Source: the human T2T-CHM13v2.0 reference genome, Homo sapiens. From it: 64,000 nucleotides of DNA. The DNA lies in NCBI RefSeq assembly GCF_009914755.1, contig NC_060939.1. One strand, written 5' to 3'. Of this stretch, positions 58,474 to 64,000 are shown piece by piece. A program made the position numbers and the translations under genes. The notes under the pieces are model-generated. The model saw nothing but the letters and a program-made list of their open reading frames with translations. It made no database searches and was not told the DNA's origin. Positions within the stretch are counted from its first letter, which is position 1; each line of letters opens with the position of its first letter.

Positions 58474-59951
58474 CGGAGTGCAGTCGAATGGAACGGAATG
58501 GAATGGAATGGAATGGAATGGAATGGAATGGAATGGAATGGAGTAGAGTGAAGGGCAGTGGTGTGGATTGGAGTGGAGTGGAGTGAAATGGAATGGAGTG
58601 GATTTCAAAAAAATGGAATGGAATGGAGTGTAATGTAGTGGAATGGAATGGAGCAGAGTGAAGTGGAATGCAATGGAGTGGAATGGAATGGAGAGGAGTG
58701 GAATGGAATGGAGTGGAGTGGAGTGGATTGGAGTGGAGTGGAGGAGATTGGAGTGGAGTGGAGGGAAGTGGAGTTAAATGGAGTGGAATGGTATGGAATG
58801 GAATTGAATGGAATGGAGTGGAATGGAATGGAGTGGAGTGGAGTGGAATGGAGTGGAATGGAGTGAAATGGAGTGGAGTGGAATCGAGTGGAGTGGAATG
58901 GAATGGAGTGGAATGGAACGGAGAGGAAATGAATGAAATGGAATGCAACACAGTGGAATGAAGTGGAGTGGAGTGCAGTGACGTTGAGTGGAGTGGATAG
59001 GAATGCAGTGCAATGGAATGGAATGGAATGTAAGAGAGTGGAGTGGAGTGGAATGGAGTGGAATGGCATGGAGTGGAGTAGAATGGAATGGAATGAAATG
59101 AAATTGAATGGAATGGAAAGGAATGGAACGCAACAGAACGGAACAGAATGGAGTACAGTGGAGAGGAGTTGAGTGGAGTGGATCGCAGTGCAGTGGAATG
59201 GAATGGAATGGAATGGAAAAGAATGGGATTGAGTGGAGTGGAATGGAAAGTAGTGGAGTGGAATGCAATGGAATGCAATGGAATGGAAAAGAATGGGATG
59301 GAGTGGAGTGGAATGGAAAGGAGTGGAGTGGAATGGAAAGGAGTGGAGTGGAATGGAATGGAGTGGAGTGGAATGGAATGGAGTGGAGTGGAGTGGAATG
59401 GAGTGGAGTGGAGTGGAATGGAATGGAGTGGAGTGGAATGGAGAGGAGTGCAGAGGAATGGTATGGATTGGAATGGAATGGAAGGGAGTAGAGTACAGTG
59501 GAGTGGATTGGAAGGCAGTGGAATTGAATGGAGTGGAATGGAATGGAGTGGATTTGAGTGGGATGGATTGGAGTGCAGTGGAATGAAATGGAATGGAATG
59601 GAGTGGAGTTTGGTGGAGTGGAGTGGAGAGGAATTTAATGGAAAGGAGTGGACTGGAATGGTTTGGAATGGATAGGAAGGAATAGAACATAAAGGAATGG
59701 AATGGAATGGAAAGGAATGGAACAGAATGGAGTGGAGTGCAGTGGAGTTGAGTCGAGTCAATCTGAGTGCAGTGGAAAGGAAAGGAATGGAATGGAACAG
59801 AGTGGAATGAAATGGAATGGAATGGAATGGAATAAAGTGGGATGGAAGGGAGTGCAGGAGAGTAGGGTGGAGTGGAGTGCAGTGGAGTGGAGTGGAATGG
59901 AATGGAATGGAATGGAGTTGAATGGAATGGAAAGGAATGGTGAAATGCATT

Positions 59952-60000
59952 GTGAGCTAAGATTTTGCCACTGCACTCCAGTCTGGGTGACAAAATGAGA
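59952..60000 (+). mobile_element. Alu right-arm 3' fragment embedded in satellite (copy 1)
   Basis: GTGAGCTAAGATTTTGCCACTGCACTCCAGTCTGGGTGACAAAATGAGA aligns to Alu GTGAGCCGAGATCGCGCCACTGCACTCCAGCCTGGGCGACAGAGCGAGA. Confidence 0.85.
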
Positions 60001-60358
60001 TCTAGATGAAATAAAGTAATCGAATGGAATGCAGTAGAATGGAAGGGAATGGAGTGGAGTGGAGTGGAGTGGAGTGCAGTGGGCTGGAGTGGAATGGAAG
60101 GGAATGGAATGGAGTAGAGTGGAATGGAATGGAAAGGAACAGAATGGAATGGAATGGAACAGAAAAGAATGGAAGGTAACAGAATGAAGTGGAGGGGAGA
60201 GGAGTGAAGTTGAGTGGAGTGGATCGGAGTGGAGTGGAATGGAATGGATTGAAATGGCATGGAATGGAGTGGAATGGAATGGAGTGGAGTGGAGTGGAGT
60301 AGAGTGGAGTGGAGTGGAGTGGAATGGAATGGAATGCAATGGAATGGTGAAATGTAAT

Positions 60359-60405
60359 GTGAGCTAAGATTGTGCCACTGCACTACAGTCTGGGTGACAG
60401 AGTGA
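60359..60405 (+). mobile_element. Alu right-arm 3' fragment embedded in satellite (copy 2)
   Basis: GTGAGCTAAGATTGTGCCACTGCACTACAGTCTGGGTGACAGAGTGA. Confidence 0.85.
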
Positions 60406-61239
60406 CTGACATCCAACAGAAATAAAGGAATGGAATGGAATAGAGTAGAGTGGAATAGAATGGAGTGGAGTGGAATGGAATGCAGTGGAACGGAGTGGAA
60501 TAGAGTGTACTGGAATGGAGTAAAGTGGAATTGAGCAGAACGGAAAGAAATGGAATAGAGAGGAATGGAATGGAATGGAGTGGAATGGAATGAAGTGGAA
60601 TGGAGCATAATGGAATGGAGTGGAGTGGAATGGAGAGGAATGGAATGGAATGGAATGGAATGGAACGCAAATCAGTGGAATGGAATGGAGTGGAGAGGAG
60701 TGGAGTGGAGTGAAGAGAAATGGAGTTGAATGGAGTGGAACGGAGTGGAATGGAGTGAAATGGAATGGAATGGAGTGGAATGGAATGGAGTGGAATGGAA
60801 AGGAATGGTACAGAATGAAAAGGAACGGAACGGAACAGAGTGCAGTGGAGTGGAGTGAGAGGAGTGGATCGGAGTGCAGTGGAACGGAATGGAATGGAAT
60901 GCAGTGGAGTGGAGTGGAGTAATGGAATGGAGTAGAATGGAGTGGAGTGGAGTGGAGCAATGGAATGGAGTAGAATGGAGTGGAGTGGAAGGGAGTGCAG
61001 TGGAATGGAGTAGAATGCCATGGAATGGAATGGAGTGGAGTGGAATGGAGTGGAATGGAATGGAATGGAATGGAATAGAATGGAATGGAAGGGAAAGGAG
61101 TGGAGTGGAATGGAGTGGAATGGAATGGAATGGAGTTGAATGGAATGAAATAGAATGGAATGGAAGGGAACGGAGTGGAGTGAAGTGGAGTTGAGTGGAG
61201 TGGATTGGCCTGTAGTGGAATGGAATAGAATGGAAGGGA

Positions 61240-62615
61240 ATGAAATGGAATAGAGTGGAGTGGAATGGAATGGAGTGGTATGGAGTGGAGTGGAGTGGAA
61301 TGGAGTGGAGTGGAATGGAGTGGAGTGGAATGGAGTGGAACGGAATGAAATGGAATAGAATGGAATGACGAGGAATATAGTATAATGGAGTGGAGTGGAG
61401 TGGAATGGAGTTTAGTGGAATTGAGTGGAATGGAGTGGAATGGAATGGAAAGGAATAGAAAGGAATGCAATTGAGTGGAATGGAATGGAGTGGAGTGGAG
61501 GGGAGTGGAGAGGAGTGGAGTGGCGTGCAGTGGAATGGAGTGCTATGGTGTGAAATGGAGTGGAGTGGAATGGAATGGAATAGAGTGGAATGTAATGGAA
61601 TGGTACAGAACGGAATGGAACAGAATAGAAAGGAGTGGAGTTGAGTGAAGTGTAGTGGAGTAGAGTGGAGTGGATTGGAATGCAGCGGAATGCAAGGGAA
61701 TCGAATGGAATGGAGTGGAGTGGAGTTCATAGGAGTGGAGTGGAGGAGAATGGAGTAGAATGGAGTGGAATGGAATGGAGTGGAGAGGAATGAAGTGGAA
61801 TGGAATGGAAGGAATGGAATGGAACCGAATGGAAGGGAATGGAGTGGAGTGGAGTAGATTTGAGTGGAGTGGAAAGGAGTGCAGTGGAATGGATTGGAAT
61901 GGAACGGAATGAAATGGAGTAGAGTGGATTGGAATGGAATGGAGTGGTATGGAGTGGAGTGGAGTGGAATGGAATGGAGTGTAGTGGAATGGAGTGGAGT
62001 GGAATGGAGTGGAACGGAATGAAATAGAATAGAGAGGAATGGAATGGAATAGAATGGAATGACGCGGAATATAGTATAATAGAGTGGAGTGGAGTAGAAT
62101 GGAGTTTAGTGGAATGGAGTGGAATGGAGTGGAATGGAATGGAAAGGAATGGAAAGGAATGGAAAGGAATGCAATTGAGTGGAATGTAATGGAGTGGAGT
62201 GGAGGGGAGTGGAGAGGAGTGGAGTGGCGTGCAGTGGAATGGAGTGCTATGGAGTGAAATGGAGTGGAGTGGAGTGGAATGGAATAGAGTGGAATGGAAT
62301 GGAATGGTACAGAACGGAATGGAACAGAATAGAAAGGAGTGGAGTTGAGTGGAGTGTAGTGGAGTAGAGTGGAGTGGATTGGAATGCAGTGGAATGCAAG
62401 GGAATCGAATGGAATGGAGTGGAGTGGAATGCATTGGAGTGGAGTGGAGTGGAGGAGAATGGAGTAGAATGGAGTGGAATGGAATGGAGTGGAGAGGAAT
62501 GGAGTGGAATGGAATGGAAGGAATGGAATGGAACCGAATGGAAGGGAATGGAGTGGAGTGGAGTAGATTTGAGTGGAGTGGAATGGAGTGCAGTGGAATG
62601 GATTGGAATGGAATG
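61240..62615. repeat. ~0.7-kb tandem duplication inside the GGAAT/GGAGT satellite
   Basis: Unique words recur 669-709 bp apart: TATAAT (61381/62075), GGCGTGCAG (61522/62226), GGTACAGAACGG (61602/62306), GCAAGGGAATCG (61692/62396) and GGAACCGAAT (61821/62530). Confidence 0.88.
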
Positions 62616-63528
62616 GAGTGGAGTGGAATGGAATGGAATAGAATGGAATGGAATGGAATGGAGTGGATTGGAGGGGAATAGAGTGGAGTAGAGAGGAGTG
62701 GACAGGAATGGAGTGGAGTGGAATGGAATGGAATGGAGTGGAATGAAAAGGAATGGAGTGGAGTGGAATGGGCCAGAATGGAATGGAATGGAGTGGAAGG
62801 GAATGGAATGGAGTGGAGTGGAAAGGAATGGGGTGGAGTGGAATGGAAGGGAGTGGATTGGAGTGGAATTGAGTGGAGTGGAGTGGAATGGAGTGGAGTG
62901 GAGTGCAGCAGAATATAATGGAGTGGAATGGAATAGAATTGAGTGGAGTGGAGTGGAGTGGAATTGATTGGAGTGCAGTGGAATGGAATGGAATGGAATG
63001 GAAGGGAGGGGAGTGGAGTGGAGTGGAATGGAGAGGAACGAAATGGAGTGCAGTGGAATGGAATGGAATGGAAGGAAATGGAATGGAATGGATTGGAATG
63101 GAATGGAATGGAACAGAAAGGAGTGGAGGGGAGTGCAGGGGAATGGAGTGGAGTGGAGTTGAGTGCAGTGGATCAGAGTGCAGTGGACTGGAATGGAATG
63201 GAATGAAATGGAATGGAGTGGAGTGGAATGAAATTTAATGGAACGAAGTGGATTGGATTGGAGTGGAGTGGAGTGGAGTGTAGTACAATGGAATGGAGTG
63301 GAATGTAGTACAATGGAAGGGAGTGGAGTGTAGTACAATGGAATGGAGTGGAGTGCAATGGAACGTAATGGAATGGAGTGGAGTGGAGTGCAATGCAATC
63401 CAGTGGAGTGATGTGGAGTGGAGTGGAACGGAGTGGAGAGGAATGGCATGGAATGGAATGGAATGCAATGGAATGGAGTGGAATGGAATGGAAAGGAAAG
63501 GAATGCAATGGATTGTTGAAATGAAATA

Positions 63529-63576
63529 TGAGCTAAGATTATGCCACTGCACTCCAGTCTGGGTGACAGAGTAAGA
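63529..63576 (+). mobile_element. Alu right-arm 3' fragment embedded in satellite (copy 3)
   Basis: TGAGCTAAGATTATGCCACTGCACTCCAGTCTGGGTGACAGAGTAAGA. Confidence 0.85.
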
Positions 63577-64000
63577 TCCAGTCGAAATAAACAACTGGAA
63601 TGGAATGGAGTAAAATCGAAATAAATGGAGTATACTGGAACAGAATGGAGTGGAATTGAGTGGAGTGGAGTGGAGTGGAGTGGAATGGAGTAAAGTGGAA
63701 TGGAGTGGAATAGAGTGGAATGGAATCGAATGAAAACAAGTGGAATGGAATGGAATGGAGTGGAACGGAGTTTAGTGGACTTGAATGCAGTGGAGTGGAA
63801 TGAAGTGGAGTGGAATGAAGTGGAGTGGAATGGAGTTGAATTGAGTGGAATAGAATGGAATGGAATAGAGTGGATTGGAATGGAATAGAGTGGCATGGAG
63901 TGGAGTACAGTGGAGTGGAATGGAATGGAATAGAATGGAGTGAAATGGAGTGGTGGGGAATGGAGTGGATGGGAATGGAATGGAGTGGAATGGAACAGAA

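Larger units (their letters stand above)
58471..64000 (+). repeat. Diverged classical satellite, (GGAAT)n mixed with (GGAGT)n; HSat3-like
   Basis: 5-bp periodicity throughout, with a purine-rich + strand. The recurrent CATTCGATTC-type motifs typical of HSat2 are not evident. Subfamily not assignable by eye. Confidence 0.9.

Noticed and set aside
59954-63530. 3576-bp spacing of Alu fragments 1 and 3, resembling the ~3.6-kb DYZ1 unit
   Set aside because: The interval contains a local 0.7-kb duplication and another Alu fragment, and the sequence is GGAGT-rich and diverged. Likely coincidence, so no chromosome is assigned.
58382-63896. Long ORFs (up to 667 aa) of HSIPFHSTPL or MEWNGVEWS repeats
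   Set aside because: The pentamer satellite lacks stop codons, and overlapping frames give the same peptide. Not evidence of genes.

Overview
A primate (human or great-ape type) pericentromeric window with no conventional genes. Positions 1-58473 are diverged, monomeric ~171-bp alpha satellite. Every monomer I inspected has an A-type/pJalpha-like box and I saw no CENP-B box. The array is interrupted by five L1PA3/PA4-like LINE-1 insertions: one full-length but dead copy (8289-14337), one 5'-inverted twin-priming copy (43560-45131) and three 5'-truncated copies. From 58471 to the end is a diverged GGAAT/GGAGT classical satellite (HSat3-like) carrying three co-amplified copies of an Alu 3'-end fragment. 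The alpha satellite switches strand twice: across the full-length L1, which has no matching TSD, and at a TE-free junction near 41348. Flipping the 27-kb segment between these points restores monomer phase at both ends and reveals a split 8-bp TSD-like repeat. This suggests a retrotransposition-coupled inversion, but monomer-type continuity favours other models. Other observations are short L1 3' transductions, relic 3- to 14-monomer duplications, interleaved monomer layers and microhomology junctions. All ORFs outside the L1s are satellite artefacts. All alignments were made by eye against remembered consensus sequences.
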